A stretch of 64,000 nt of DNA from Eledone cirrhosa (Eukaryota). The stretch spans positions 52,328,001-52,392,000 of the forward strand of contig OZ024740.1 of the NCBI GenBank assembly GCA_964016885.1, given 5' to 3'. Shown piece by piece: positions 45,630 to 60,059 of the stretch (positions within the stretch are counted from its first letter, which is position 1; the number at the start of each line of letters is the position of its first letter). Under the pieces are notes generated by a model, which saw nothing but the letters and a program-made list of their open reading frames with translations, did not search any database and had not been told where the DNA came from. A program made the position numbers and the translations under genes.

Positions 45630-45812
45630 AATATGGTTTTATAAATATAGTTTCCATTTATTTAATATTGTAAATATACTCCAAATATTTGTCGAGTGCT
45701 TTTATATCAGTTATAAATATTTACTAGTTGTAACCCAACAATTTAAATATAACTTTCCATATATATACATATACATATATATATATACATATACATATAT
45801 ATATACATATAC

Positions 45813-45865
<53 letters not shown>

Positions 45866-45886
45866 CATATTTATATATACATATAT

Positions 45887-46107
45887 GGAGGCGCGTGGCT
45901 GAGTGGTTAGAGAATTCGATTCACAATGGTGAGGTTGTGAGTTCGGTTCCTGAAACGGGCGATGCGTTATGTCCTTGAGCAAAACACTTTATTTCACGTT
46001 GCTCCTTCTACCTGGAGTTGCGACCGATAGATAGTATTAGCAATTGGAAAGATCAATGGAAACATTGTTTCCTCGGTCCGATTTGACGAAAGTCGATCGA
46101 CTGTCGA
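45887..46107 (+). mobile_element. tRNA-derived CORE-like SINE, family 2
   Basis: Near-identical to 31987-32207. Confidence 0.88.
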
Positions 46108-46180
46108 TATATATTTACATATATATATTTATATACATATAGATATATATACATATATATACATATATATATATATATAC

Positions 46181-46227
<47 letters not shown>

Positions 46228-46518
46228 CATATATACACATATATATACATATATATACATATATATACACATATACATATATATACATATATATACATAT
46301 ATATATATACACATATATATATATATACATATATATATACATATACATATATATACATATATATACATATATACATACATACACATATATACACATATAT
46401 ATATATATATACATATATACGCATATATACACATATATACATATATATACATATATACACACATATATACATATATATACATATATACACACACATATAT
46501 ATATATATACATATATAT

Positions 46519-46581
<63 letters not shown>

Positions 46582-46602
46582 TATATACATATACACATAC
46601 AC

Positions 46603-46661
<59 letters not shown>

Positions 46662-47171
46662 TATATACATATACACATACACATATATATACATATATAT
46701 ATATATATACATGCACATACACATATATATACATATATATACACATATACATACATATATATACATATATATATATATACATATATATACATATATATAT
46801 ATATACACATACATATATATACATATATCTATATACATATATATATACATATATATATACATATATATATATTCATATATATATATATATATACATATAT
46901 ATATGTATATATTATTATACACAAATATATATATATGTATATATATATACATATATATATATACATTTATATACATATACATACATATATATATACATAT
47001 ATATACATATATATACATATATGGACATATATATATACGTATACATATATACATACGTATATATTCATACATATATATACATACATATACATACATACAT
47101 ATACATACACACATATACATACATACATATACATACACACATATACATACATACATACATACATACATACA

Positions 47172-47207
<36 letters not shown>

Positions 47208-47346
47208 CATACATATAGATACATACATATACATACATACATATACATACATACATATACATACACATACATACACATACATACATACACATACATACAT
47301 ACACATACATATACATACATACATATACATACATACATATACATAC

Positions 47347-47379
<33 letters not shown>

Positions 47380-47506
47380 CATATATATATACATACATAT
47401 GTATACATAGATATGTATACATAGATATACATACATACACATACATACACATACATACATACACATACATATACATACATACATATACATACATACATAT
47501 ACATAC

Positions 47507-47539
<33 letters not shown>

Positions 47540-47744
47540 CATATATATATACATACATATGTATACATAGATATGTATACATAGATATATATATACATAC
47601 ATATATATACATAGATATACATACATACATATACATACATATACATACATACATATACATACATATACATACATACATATACATACATACACATACATAC
47701 ATACACATACATACATATACATACATACATATACATATACATAC

Positions 47745-47777
<33 letters not shown>

Positions 47778-47888
47778 CATACTTATATATACATAGATAG
47801 ATATATACATAGATATATATATACATAGATATATATATACATAGATATATATATATATACATAGATATATATACATAGATATATATAC

Positions 47889-47943
<55 letters not shown>

Positions 47944-47976
47944 TATACACACATATACATACATACATATATATAC

Positions 47977-48007
<31 letters not shown>

Positions 48008-48038
48008 CATATAGATACACATACACATATATATATAC

Positions 48039-48069
<31 letters not shown>

Positions 48070-48213
48070 CATATATACATATACATATAAACATATATAT
48101 ATATATAAACATATACATACATATACTCATACATACATACATACATACATACATACATACATACATACATACATACATACATACATACATACATACATAC
48201 ATACATACATACA

Positions 48214-51200
48214 TTCCATCAGTCAACGCGATCAGTCGCATATTTTGGCGTGGGAGACTATTTATTAAATTTAAGATGAATACTATCTCCGACAGTAATG
48301 CCACAACTACAGCCAGGTTGAATAACTGGTTATTCTTCTAACTATCCCTTCTGAAGACACCTTTTATTCGAATTCGTAGAGATATCCGACTAAATACATA
48401 ATTCATTTTACAAGGATTTGCTATAAACAGCATGGCTGAACACAACATCAACAAGAAAATTAAGGAAGTATCGAAGACAAATAACAAAGAAGGTAATCAA
48501 ACTTTATTCAGTTGTAGCTACAGAAGAAACCGAAATTATAAATCGCATTTCTCTTGGAGTTGCGAACATAATAATGATTTATTTAATTGTTATAAAATGG
48601 CAAAAAACAATCCCTCTATTGGCTATATGAATAGAATGAAGCTACACAGGGACGAAATGCACCCAGAGAAATTATTTCATATCGAAACAATTACGCCAAC
48701 AAGCGACGTTTGTTGAACGTAAAAATAAGATAAATATTATTAATTGTAAGTCCCCCACAACAAACATGGAATCAACAGCACGTGCTACAGATCGCCATGC
48801 TACTAGACTTCTTAGCAGCCAGGTCGAACAGCGTCTTGAAACAACTATGCCTGTAAGAAACTTGACACCACCTGTACCATCTAAGTCTATCTCGAATGCT
48901 GGGGAAACACTATCGATAATAATAATAATCGAAGAAATAATAATAATAATCGGAGAAATAATAATAATAATCGGAGAAATAATAATAATAATCGGATAAA
49001 TGTGACACTACGGATACCATCCGAGTCTACCTCGACTGTTGTGGAAAATACTATCGATAATGATAATCAAAAGTATAAACAATTGAAAATTTCCCTCAAC
49101 GAAATCTTCCAGAGAGAAATTAACTCATCTATAAATATCTCTCTGGCTGAACGTGTTAAAATGACAATGGTGAATAAAAAACCAAATAATGAAATACTAC
49201 GTGTTATTGACGAAATAGGGGATGAATATTTACGACGAATAAAAACCCCAACATTTTGGCAAATCAACGCCTGTTTATATGCCTTCAGCAATGACAGTGA
49301 AGCATTATCTTGGTGATAGCAGAGATATTAACAAGAACAAAACACCACCAAAAATACCATCATATATAACTAAAATAGAAAAAAAGAGTGCTGGCCTACG
49401 AAAAAACATAGGACATGTGACAATGCTCCTTACATGCAAACAAACACACAAAAAACCTCACTCCTCACCAACAAAGAGTGAAAAATAAAATAGAGACGAT
49501 GTTTGGTAACAGTAGCACCAGAACTCTTCAATATAAGCTGATCACCCTCAAACAAGAATTGAGAGCTGTTAGCGAAAAACGCCGATACCTGAAGAAGGTA
49601 GATGAGAGAAAAATGCTTAATAAAAGATTCAGACGAAACCAAACATCAGTCTATAGAGATATGAAGGGCAAAATAATAAGTGTCACTGAGGCCCCATCCC
49701 AGAAAGACATAGATTCTTTTGGAGAAAAATATGGCGTGAAAAGAAGAATTTCAACCAAGATGCAGTGTGGCTAAGAGAAATCCGAAAGAACTATTGCTCC
49801 TACACTACAACAAAAACATACGAAATAAGTGAGGGTACCCTTGAGACTGTGATAGGAACACTCCAAGATAAGAAAACACCAGGAAGAGACATGATTGTCG
49901 GCTACTGGTACAAAAAAACTAATATTCTATCGGAGGTATCTTACTGACCTCTACCAACAAGTTCTTAAAGGAGATACACTTATACCAGAATGGTTGACAT
50001 TAGCACAAACATTACTGGTCCCCAAGAACAAAGACATCCACTTGGCAAAAAACTACCGACCCATTGCATGCCAGAACCTGATGTATAAGATGTATAAGAT
50101 GTATACAGCCTGCCTCAACCTATTCCTCCAAGATCACTGTGAAAATAATAACATCATCACAGATGAACAAGCAGCTGGAAAGAAAAGGGTTTGGGGATGT
50201 GCTGAACAACTCCTAATCAACAAAATTGCGATGTCGGAGGTGCGACAACTTAGGAGGAATATGACTACAGTCTGGCTGGACTACAAGAAAGCTTTCGATT
50301 CTGTTCCCCACTCTTGGATGATAGAGGCCCTCCAACTTGCTAAAGTCCCAGACATTATTGTCAGAGCCATAGAGAGGCTGTCTTCTTCTTGGGCTACTAT
50401 CCTAAGGTTAAAGACAGAGAGGAAGGACTCTATTTTCACTGATAAAATAAAATATTGCAGGGGTATATTTCAGGGGGACAGTCTCTCTGTGATATTGTTC
50501 ATCTTGTCATTAAACCCCTTGTCCTTTCTGCTCAAGAAATGTGAGGGATACATCATTGGCTCACAGGAGGACAGAAATACGAACCTAACCCATAACTTCT
50601 TTGTGGACGATCTGAAACTCTATGCCAAGAACATGGATGGGATGAAGAAAAATCTTGACCTGGTTACAACGTTCTCAAAGGAATGGAGTTTGGCCAAGAT
50701 AAATGCTCATACATGACTGTAAAGCGGGGAAAAACAACAACCCAATCTAGCAACATTGTCATCAATGGTCTAACTGTTTCACCGATATCTGATGAGGACT
50801 GCTACAGATACCTGGGGATAGATGAGAACATATCCTATAATGGTATCTGTAATAAAGAACGCGTAACCAGGGAATACTACACCCGATTAAGAAAGATCTG
50901 GTCATCGGAACTCTCTGCGCAAAACAAAACAGTGGCTCACAATGTGTTTGCTGTGCCTGTCCTAACACCAACGTTTGGAATACTCAATTGGACGATAGAC
51001 GAAATCCGAGCAGTTGATGTTGGAACTCGAAAAATTCTGAACAACACCGGAAACTTCCACATCAACAGTGACATAGACCGCCTTTACTTGAAACGTAAGC
51101 AGGGAGGCAGAGGCCTAACATCAGTCCAGACAACATTTGAATTTCGCATCATATCTCTCCGACAATATCTACGAACCTCGAAGCGTAGGAGCCCGCTTCT

Positions 51201-52388
51201 CGAGCAAGTCTATCTGCATGAAACAGATAAGATCATGAGAGTTGGGAAGGAACTCCTTGAGAGATATTCCCTGTGTGATAATCAAAAACTCACACCCAGG
51301 GATGTCGCTCAGCAGTATCGCAGTGAATCCATGGATGAAAAACTGCATGCCTATCAGCAAAAAATCATGCATGGATATGTTGCCAGGAAGCTCCAGAGTG
51401 AGAGTAATATAGATAAGGAAAGTAGTCTATCTTGGACCAACAACCGCTATATTGGCTCCCACTTTGAAGGATACGCTTTTACAATCCAAGAACAGGAGAT
51501 TAGCACGAAATACCTGATTCACAAAAGAGATAGGGATGCAGGCAAAACACCTAGATGTGATAACAAGTGCAGACTCTGCAGAACTAACATCGAGGATATC
51601 ACCCATGTCATCAGCAGCTGCCCAAAGATGTCATCGCGGTACTATCTACCTATGAGGCATGATGTAGTGGCCAAAACACTGTACAATGTAGTTCGTAAAA
51701 AAGATAGCCCCGATAATAAACACATTAAAAGCTACAACAATGTGGAAGACATCCATGTACATAATATGAAAGAGTACTGGTGGAATGTTCCAGTAAAAAC
51801 CCGAATAAAATGCAGGCATAACAGACCAGATATTATGATATGGGACAGGGAGAAGAAAACATGCACAGTAGTGGAAATTAGCTGCCCAGCAGATGCCAAT
51901 ATAATATCAAAGATTAGTGAAAAGGAGAATATTTATGCAGAACTGATGAGAAATCTGCAGATACTCCACCCTGATTACACCTTCAGATTTATGCCTGTGA
52001 TTATTGGAGCATTGGGATATGTTATAACTGCCTCAATACAAATCTTGAGACGCTAGGCTTCACAGGAACAGAAAGAACACAACTAGTTAGGAAACTACAA
52101 GTACAATCCATTAATGGAACAGTAAAAATATGTAAAACATTCCAAAGATTTTGCATCTAATAACTGCATATACACATGTACATATACAAAGCATATACAC
52201 ATGCACACATACAACTCAAAACATACACATCCACACATACAATAACATCCATATCTACACATGCATGCATACATACATATCTACCTAGTTGATGTTGTGT
52301 AAATTCCAATGAGAGAGTCTTGTGTCTATGTTAGAAACCGACTCTCTCTCTATTGGTAAAACTTTGTGAAATTATAAAACCAGAAGAA
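48214..52388 (+). mobile_element. Near full-length R4/Dong-clade non-LTR retrotransposon in (CATA)n
   Basis: Single frameshifted ORF with RT and RLE; (CATA)n on both sides. Confidence 0.9.
48432..52160 (+). pseudogene. R4/Dong ORF (RT, CCHC, restriction-like endonuclease)
   Basis: NYRPIAC, DYKKAFDSVPH, GIFQGDSLS, FVDDLK, YRYLG, GGRGL; CRLC..EDITHVISSC, RHD, RPDI, VVEISCP, K..Y. Confidence 0.92.
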
Positions 52389-52404
52389 CATACATACATA
52401 CATA

Positions 52405-54262
52405 CAGTTAGCCAAAGTCCCACAACCATTGGTAGCTGCTGTTGAACGTCTGACCAAGAACTGGTACACCAATTTGATCCTTAGAGGTGAGAAGGAGCAA
52501 GTTAAGACTGATAAGATACATTACCAGAAGGGCATCTTTCAGGGTGATAGCTTGTCACTGCTACTCTTCGTTCTTTCACTAAATCCACTATCTTACCTAC
52601 TCAGGAAACAAGGTGGACAAAGAAGTGGGTCCAGAAGTATCTCCCATCTTTTCTTTGTTGATGACCTGAAGTTGTATGGGCCAAATATCAACGACATCAA
52701 GAAACAATTGGACCTCATTACGCAATTTTCAACAGACATCAAAATGAAATTTGGTGAGTCCAAGTGTGCATATTTGGCAGTAAAACGTGGAAGAGCTGTG
52801 CCCTCCTCTAGAAATCTAGAGATGAACGGCCTGACAATACAACCTCTACAGTCAGGTGACAACAACAGATATCTTGGACAAGATGAGAATGTCAGATATG
52901 ATGGACCCATAAATAAGGAGAGAACCAGGACTGAATACCTCAGAAGAGTAAAGAAAATATTGTCATCAGTACTGTCAGCGTACAACAAATACATTGCCCA
53001 CAATACTTATGCTGTGCCAATTCTAACGCCAACATTTGGCCTGCTGAACTGGTCATTGCAAGAACTAAGTGAGATGGATGTTAGAACTCGCAAACTTCTC
53101 AGTGTTACTGGGAAATTTAACATCAATGGTGTTGTGGATAGGCCATACTTCTCACGCAAGGAAGGTGGTCGGGTCTAAAATCCATATTAACATCATATGA
53201 GACCCGGATAGTAACACTGAAGCAACACCTTCAACAGAGGAAAAAGATTGGCAACCATCTTGCCCAGGTTTATGAGCATGAAAAAAAAAAATCATTAGAA
53301 TAGCGACTGATCTGGAGGAGAGATATGGAATAAAGCCTGATATAAATCTCTCACCCAGAGAAATCGGAAGATCCTATTCAATGTTCAAACAAGGTGAAAA
53401 AATGGACCAATTTACAGAAAAGTTTGTGCATAGATACTTGAGACGTAAAACATAGACCATAGAGGGGATAAACCACTCAAAAAGCCTGGCATGGAGTTCC
53501 GACAAGTTTATGACATCACACCTTGAGGGATATCTCTATGCAATACAAGAACAAGAACTCCCTACCAAATATCTGCTGCACAAAAGGGGAGGGCCATCAG
53601 CCGACAATAAATGTAGGCTATGTAAAACAAAGATCGAGGATGTAAGCCACATTGTTGCCAGCTGCGAAAGAATGTCATCTCGCTACTACCTCCCCATGAG
53701 ACACGATGGGATAGCTAGAACCATCTGGAACACACTTCGGAAAACAAAATTAACAAACGAGGAAGAATATATTGAGACAGATGGCACTAAGGAATACTGG
53801 TGGAACCTGTAAATAAAAACTGCCACCAAATTAAAGCACAACCGGCCTGATATTGTTGTTTGGGACCACACATTGAAAACGTGTTCTGTTGTGGAGATCA
53901 GCTGCCCACTTGTTGTAAACGTTGTCAGAAAAATACAGGAGAAGGAGGACATCTACAGACCATTGATGAGGAGTTTACAAATCCAGTATCCAAGATACAC
54001 CTTTAGCTTCATACCCATCATTATTGGAGCTACGGGTTATATACCAACCCGCTTGGACCAAAGTATGACTGAACTTGGATTTGCGGACAAAGAGCGCAGC
54101 TCCCTAATTCATAGTCTACAAATGGCTGCGATAGCTGGCACCTTCAAAATTTGCAAAACATTCTTGCGATTCAAGGGATGACAATTTCTTTTCTTTTACA
54201 ACCTTGCCACCAGGAAGGTGGCCGGTCAAACAAATATACTCGAAATTAAGAGGAAGAGATAA
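52405..54262 (+). mobile_element. Second, divergent 5'-truncated R4/Dong element in tandem, ending in (CATA)n
   Basis: GIFQGDSLS, FVDDLK, CRLC..H..C, RHD, RPDI, EISCP. Confidence 0.9.
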
Positions 54263-54309
54263 CACATGCATACATACATACATACATACATACATACATA
54301 CATACATAC

Positions 54310-54770
54310 ATGATGGCTGAAAACTCGTGTTCGAGTATTGCCATCGCCTGATAAAATACTCAAAAATGTGAGGCACGAATGTGGCTCTTTAAGCCAGCCA
54401 AATACTTGCACCCTCTGGCACATACATGGCAACTGTAGGCTCTTCTGGGACCTTCCATTGCTTTGTCTGACTCTGTTCTCGGATGTCTTTTAAGACCTCT
54501 CATGCTAGCTCATTCCTTGCCACATTCCTCACACCTTTTCAGATCATAATCTACATGAGATCTACTGATATGTCTTTGTTCAGGTCTAGTCAAACCAGCT
54601 TTACTCAGGCAGACTCGACCACAGTGCTGGCAAATCAGATGTTGCTCAACAGCAGGCAGTTGAGAACAGACTCTTTTCCTCGCCTTCCTTTTCAGTGTTA
54701 GGTGTTCTCTTCGACGAGTTTCAAAGTGTTCACTACCTGACTTGATCAAACGTCTTCACACGCTCCTCAG
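54310..54770 (-). mobile_element. RTE-like 3' fragment with multiple C2H2 fingers
   Basis: CQHCGRVCLSKAGL, CEECGK, AGLKSHIR; 3' ctcg-N4-cgag hairpin and (TATG)n tail. Confidence 0.75.
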
Positions 54771-54771
54771 C

Positions 54772-54924
54772 TATACATACATACACATGCATGCATGCAG
54801 ACATGCATACATATCTACCTAGTTTATGCTGTGTAAATTCCAATGAGAGGGTCTTGTGTCTATGTTAGAAACCGACTCTCTCTCTCTATTGGCAAAAATT
54901 TGTGAAATTATAAAACCAGAAGAA
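54772..54924 (+). mobile_element. Solo 3' UTR of the first Dong family
   Basis: Matches 52255-52388, followed by CATA repeats. Confidence 0.85.
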
Positions 54925-55446
54925 CATACATACACACATGCATACACGCATACATAGGTTTGTACCTACATATATGTCCACACATATATGCATATACATA
55001 CATACATAATGAAACGTGCATCAGCTTGCATTGTATGAAACCAGTAAAATCAACTCCTGTTAGAAATTACGATTTCTTTTCAGCTGCTTTAATCCGAACG
55101 TGATAACATCACCAGCGTTAATGAAAACTAATTTAGCATTAGATACAACACAATATTTTGTTCACCATTCTTTATACAATGTCTATACATTACATATATT
55201 GTAAAAATGAAACAAAATAATAAGAATCCACCCACATGTAAAATGATAAAGTTTCACTCTGGTTTGGTTTACGTGAAAAGCCCCTTAGTTTCTATTTATG
55301 CTTTACCTGCTATTTGATGATGAAGAGTACAAGCAATATAAGATGTAGGAACGGAAGTATGACTTAATTAAAATCACCGGATACTCTGTCATTGTTTTGC
55401 CTTTTTATGTTTGTCTTTGTCTTTTGTTTTTTGGCGGGAAGATTAA

Positions 55447-55486
55447 TGAAAGGGCGACAGCGAAATATGCTGAAGTCACCCGAAGT

Positions 55487-55517
<31 letters not shown>

Positions 55518-55830
55518 TGTCCCTAAAAAATGTATACATACCTCAACAGCATTTTTATGAAAGTATTATACATTTTTTGGGGACGCCCTGCATATATATA
55601 TATATATATATACATATATACACACACACATACACACACACGCACACACACACACATATATATATATATACATACATATATATATATATATACACATATA
55701 CATACATATGTATAATACTTTCATAAAAATGCTGTTGAGGTATGTATACATTTTTTAGGGACACACTATATATATATATATATATATATAACTTCGGGTG
55801 ACTTCAGCATATTTCGCTGTCGCCCTTTCA
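55447..55830. repeat. Inverted duplication containing a 78-bp Tc1/mariner-like MITE (55513-55590)
   Basis: Arms 55447-55572 and ~55708-55830; MITE TIRs YAGKGYGTCCC..AAAAAATGTATA. Confidence 0.75.
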
Positions 55831-56041
55831 TATATATAGGTGGCTCTTATGATGTTTTCAGCTCGTTTTCATTACTAGGTGTCTTGCTCCGATACGATGT
55901 TCTGTTATTGCGCAACAGTTGACTTTTGTTGTTGTTTTTTTTAAATTTATCATCACTTCATATCAATATAGAAAATATCATTTTTAATATATATATATAT
56001 ATGAGTACGTGTGTGTGTGTGTGTCGTGAGAGAGTGAACAA

Positions 56042-56352
56042 GAATGGTTTCTTATATAGACACAAAGCCAACAATTTTGGGGGAGGGGAAAGTCTATTAA
56101 ATCGACCCCCACTGCGGTGAGAAGGAAAATTCACATGCACGCGACTACACACACATACACACCGACAGGGACGCAGGCACGGACAGATAGACACACATAC
56201 ACAGAAAAATGGTACTTTATTTTATCGACTCCGTAAGGATGAAAGCAAAGTTAACCTCGGTGGGATTTGAACTCACATCGTAAAGGGCCGTAACCCTATG
56301 CTGCAAAGCATGGTGTTCGACTCTCTACCGATACTGCCAATCCACCGCCCTT
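56042..56352 (-). mobile_element. SINE family 1 with ~90-bp internal insertion and 13-bp TSD
   Basis: TSD agagagtgaacaa at 56029-56041 and 56353-56365. Confidence 0.88.
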
Positions 56353-56479
56353 AGAGAGTGAACAATAATAAAAAGCGGTCTATGTAAAAGTAAAAAAACA
56401 AAAAAAAAAAAAAAAAAAACAGAGCTAATTTACAATGATTCTTGCACTCAGTGCATCATAACGCCACCTGGAGTTCTTT

Positions 56480-56800
56480 CTTTCTTCTTTTTCGCCTGTT
56501 TCTTCCTGGGAGTGTCGTGAGAAGAGAGTCCAGTCCTCAGACCTACTATCCAGATGATTCATGTCTGAAGCAACCGTCTCCAATCTATCCGGCTGAATCC
56601 CCCAGTGAGACCAACCGAGTTCATGGATGTAATCCAACCATCTTTCTCGCGGTCTACCTCTGGGTCACCTGTCCGTTGGTTTTGCCTGTAAAATCTGCCC
56701 AGCGATTATTTCCTTAGACATTCTAACTTCATGTCCATAGTATCGGGATGGAATTGTGGTTTCTCGATTCTGAGAAGTTGCGGCTCCACTTGGAGTGACT
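56480..56800 (-). mobile_element. Old RTE 3' fragment
   Basis: RYYGHEVRM..PRGRPRERWLDYI. Confidence 0.65.
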
Positions 56801-56989
56801 CCCTGATCTGCCAATCGATAGTAAGACAGCTGTTTCATCAAACATGTTAAAAATAGACCCACGATGAAATGGCTGACTTATCGATTGCAACCCAACTCCA
56901 ACCATGGTAACGTTATAATATTTTGAGTGTACACATACACACACACACAGATATAACTTAACGTGATATCGTTTAAAGTAATCCGAGTA

Positions 56990-57030
<41 letters not shown>

Positions 57031-57031
<1 letters not shown>

Positions 57032-57585
57032 AGTATGTATACGTACATACATATATGTATACAGACGTACAGTAGTATGTATATATATACATACACGCAC
57101 ACACATATATATATATATATATATGTACGTATGGGTTTACCGAACATTTATTATAATGTTCGGTTTGTTTGTAAACAAACATCCCAAATTAAGCCGTACA
57201 ATGTTCGGGAACCATCGTTGCCCTTTTGTTCAACACTGACAAAGGTACGATGAACTAGTTTCAAGCTTATTAGCTATCGTCAGCATCGTATACCTTCCTG
57301 TCAGATGATTGAACTTTTCAAAGTATATACTTTCCTTATGCATATTAACGGCTGAGAAGCCTAATTTGCATATCGAATGAGTTAGTCGGCCGGGCGTACC
57401 GGAAACGATAAATGGAAAAGAATGAAATGAAACTTCATTTCTCACTCTTAGTACGGCTGAGACTTAAATATAAGTATGTATACGTACATACATATATGTA
57501 TACAGACGTACAGTAGTATGTATATATATATACATACATGCACACATATATATATGTACGTATGGGTTTTCCGAACATTTATAAT
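57031..57585 (-). mobile_element. Retrozyme-like family E, 1.25 units (441-nt period)
   Basis: Unit restarts at 57472. Confidence 0.85.
57246..57290 (-). ncRNA. Minimal type I hammerhead ribozyme, family E (homologs 38420-38460 and 59871-59911)
   Basis: tacgatg CUGACGA u-agct-aata-agct-u GAAA ctag UU catcgta. Confidence 0.82.
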
Positions 57586-57635
57586 AGTATGTATATATAT
57601 GTGTGTGTATAAATATGTATATTCATATATATATA

Positions 57636-57675
<40 letters not shown>

Positions 57676-58059
57676 GTGTGTGTGTGTGTATATAAAGGTT
57701 CTTGGCACTACCATTGTTACTATCGCTTTTCTCTAGCCATGGGACTTGAAGACATGAGCCGAATGCTACCATTCTATTATACATCGATGTGGGACTGCTA
57801 TTTCTAATAACTATCTTTTCACTTCTTATTAATTTGTGTGTGAGACACGTTGGCTGAGAGCCTTTTACGGGAAGGAAAAGATTTGTTTTCTATTCTCCCG
57901 CCACCACGTAAAGTTTGTAAATCGGTGGCTGGTCGGGGGACAGAGTTGTATCAGATTCCAGTTGCTAATCACTTTACTGTGTCGGCTGTCACAAACAGTC
58001 ATAGCCGGCATGGGCTGGGGTTTGGATTCTGTCGATCGATGGTTATTGATTAGGTGATA

Positions 58060-58173
58060 CCCGCTGATGAAGCCACATGCGCCGATTATGCATTGTTGCA
58101 TAATGTATGCAGACAGAGGGTGTAGTGCACCCTACTGCTGCATATATATATGTGGCCGAAACTCGAGTCCGCG
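58060..58173 (+). ncRNA. Hammerhead ribozyme with multibranched stem II
   Basis: cg CUGAUGA a gccacat..[attatgca/tgcataat; agggtg/caccct]..atgtggc c GAAA ctcgag UC cg; stem I weak. Confidence 0.68.
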
Positions 58174-58711
58174 AACTACTATAGGCACCCATTTACGTGT
58201 GTTGTATTGAAGTGAATAACTATGTGTATACTCTGGGAATGTATCCTACATTGCCTACTGAGTACGCTGAGATACAACCGGTCTAGGCATTGATAAATAT
58301 GCTGGGCCGTCCTTCCTTGCACTTTCACTCACTCATTCTCTGTTACCCACCCTCTCTCTCACTTCCTCCATCGTCCAGCACTGAACGCGGTCTTTCTTCT
58401 CGCTCACACCCGTACGGTCAAGACGCTGTCTTTTTCTCTCTCGTCAAAATTAGCCTGTTTTTATGTTCGAAATGAATTATTGATTTGATATTTTTCCTAC
58501 CGTAATTTTCCTCTCTTTACATTACTTCACCCTTCGTATCTGTTTACATGTCTTTCTCTTTCTCCACCCACTTCTTTTTATCCCAATAACTTCTTTTAGT
58601 TATTGAATCGCCCTAGGCTGAGGTATCTTGTCTCTAACGCGAAGAAATACATATGATGCCTAGTAGACAACTGATGACGGATAATCCTAACTTCTAATTT
58701 TAATTTTTCAT

Positions 58712-58743
<32 letters not shown>

Positions 58744-58746
58744 TAT

Positions 58747-59398
58747 AGTATTAGGATTGGTGCTCTGAAATAGCGATGTATACATGAATGTATGCATAAT
58801 ATATTTGGCAATATACCGTATGTTTAATTAAAAACATTTTGAAGTAGTGACTATGTCACTTACTTTTAATGTCTTACATTTTAAAGTAGTGACTATGTCA
58901 CTTACTTTTAATGTCTTACATTTTAAAGTAGTGACTATGTCACTTACTTCTTTTCGGCGAAAGAAGGCAGAGAAGCTAACAGTCTGTTTCATGCTGTTTG
59001 GCAATCATCAGAGCTACGTACTGCCCTCTTCCACCGAAAATTATAGAAACTGGATTCTTATAGAATTCCAGTAATAACCAGGAGCTGATTATACAGAGCG
59101 ATTGCCGGTCCAGCAAAAATTAAGTATTAGGATTGGTGCTCTGAAATAGCGATGTATACATGAATGTATAAGAATCCAGTTTCTATAATTTTCGGCGGAA
59201 GAGGGCAGTACGTAGCTCTGATGATTGCCAAACAGCATGAAACAGACTGTTAGCTTCTCTGCCTTCTTTCGCCGAAAAGAAGTAAGTGACATAGTCACTG
59301 CTTTAAAATGTAAGTGACATTAAAAGTAAGTGACATAGTCACTACTTTAAAATGATAGCGTAAGGTCTTCAAAATGTTTTTAATTAAACATACGGTAT
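58747..59398. mobile_element. Retrozyme-like family F (divergent subfamily), inverted pair, with an internal 42-bp tandem repeat
   Basis: Unit restarts at 59124; homologous blocks to 28397-29045. Confidence 0.85.
59189..59278 (+). ncRNA. Type I hammerhead ribozyme, C3-G8 core, long stem I (mirror copy 58951-59040, minus)
   Basis: ttttcggcggaagagggcag..agct CUGAUGA u-ugc..gca-u GAAA cag-a-cug UU agct..ctgccttctttcgccgaaaa. Confidence 0.85.
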
Positions 59399-59603
59399 AT
59401 ATATATAGATATATATAGAAACTAATACCTGCTCTGTAGAACAACTGATGTTATTACATTGAGCTATTTATCTTACTGGTAATAAGGTAGTAATAAATTA
59501 CTGTCTTTCACTGTTTAGGGTTTAAAATATATATAACTATAAAAAGTTTTAGTATATACATAACCATAAATAGTATCCTTAATACTATATATATTTATAT
59601 ATA

Positions 59604-60000
59604 TAAACGGAAAAAATGAAACGAAATTTCATTTCTCACTCTTAGTACGGCTGTTACTTAAATATAAGTATGTATACGTACATGCATATATGTATACAGA
59701 CGTACAGTAGTATGTATATATATATACATACATGAACACATATATATATGTACGTATGGATTCACCGAACATTTATTATAATGCTCGGTGTGTTTGTAAA
59801 CAAACATCCCGTATTAAGCCGTAGTGTCTAGCAACCATCGTTGCTCGTTTGTTCAACACTGACAAAGGAACGCTGTACTAGTTTCAAGCTTATTATCTAT
59901 CGTCAGCAACGTATACCTTCCTGCCAGATTGTTGAACGTATATACTTACCTTATGCATATTAACGGCTGAGTAGACCAATTTGCATATCGAGTGGGTTAA
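59604..60000 (-). mobile_element. Retrozyme-like family E, circularly permuted near-monomer
   Basis: Starts at taaacggaaaaaatg, which is internal in the 38-kb and 57-kb copies. Confidence 0.85.
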
Positions 60001-60059
60001 TATATATATTGTATCTTTATAAGTTTTGTGTTAGTGGGTCGCTGTTTCTAGCACACTGT

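Larger units (their letters stand above)
41850..45760 (-). mobile_element. Naiad-type Penelope-like element with inverted pseudo-LTR at its truncated 5' end
   Basis: 41850-42115 is the reverse complement of ~45411-45670; RT and GIY-YIG on the minus strand. Confidence 0.92.

Noticed and set aside
48915-48998. CRISPR-like repeats (21-bp unit; also the 42-bp unit at 58843-58950)
   Set aside because: Tandem with no unique spacers and no cas genes; internal to retroelements
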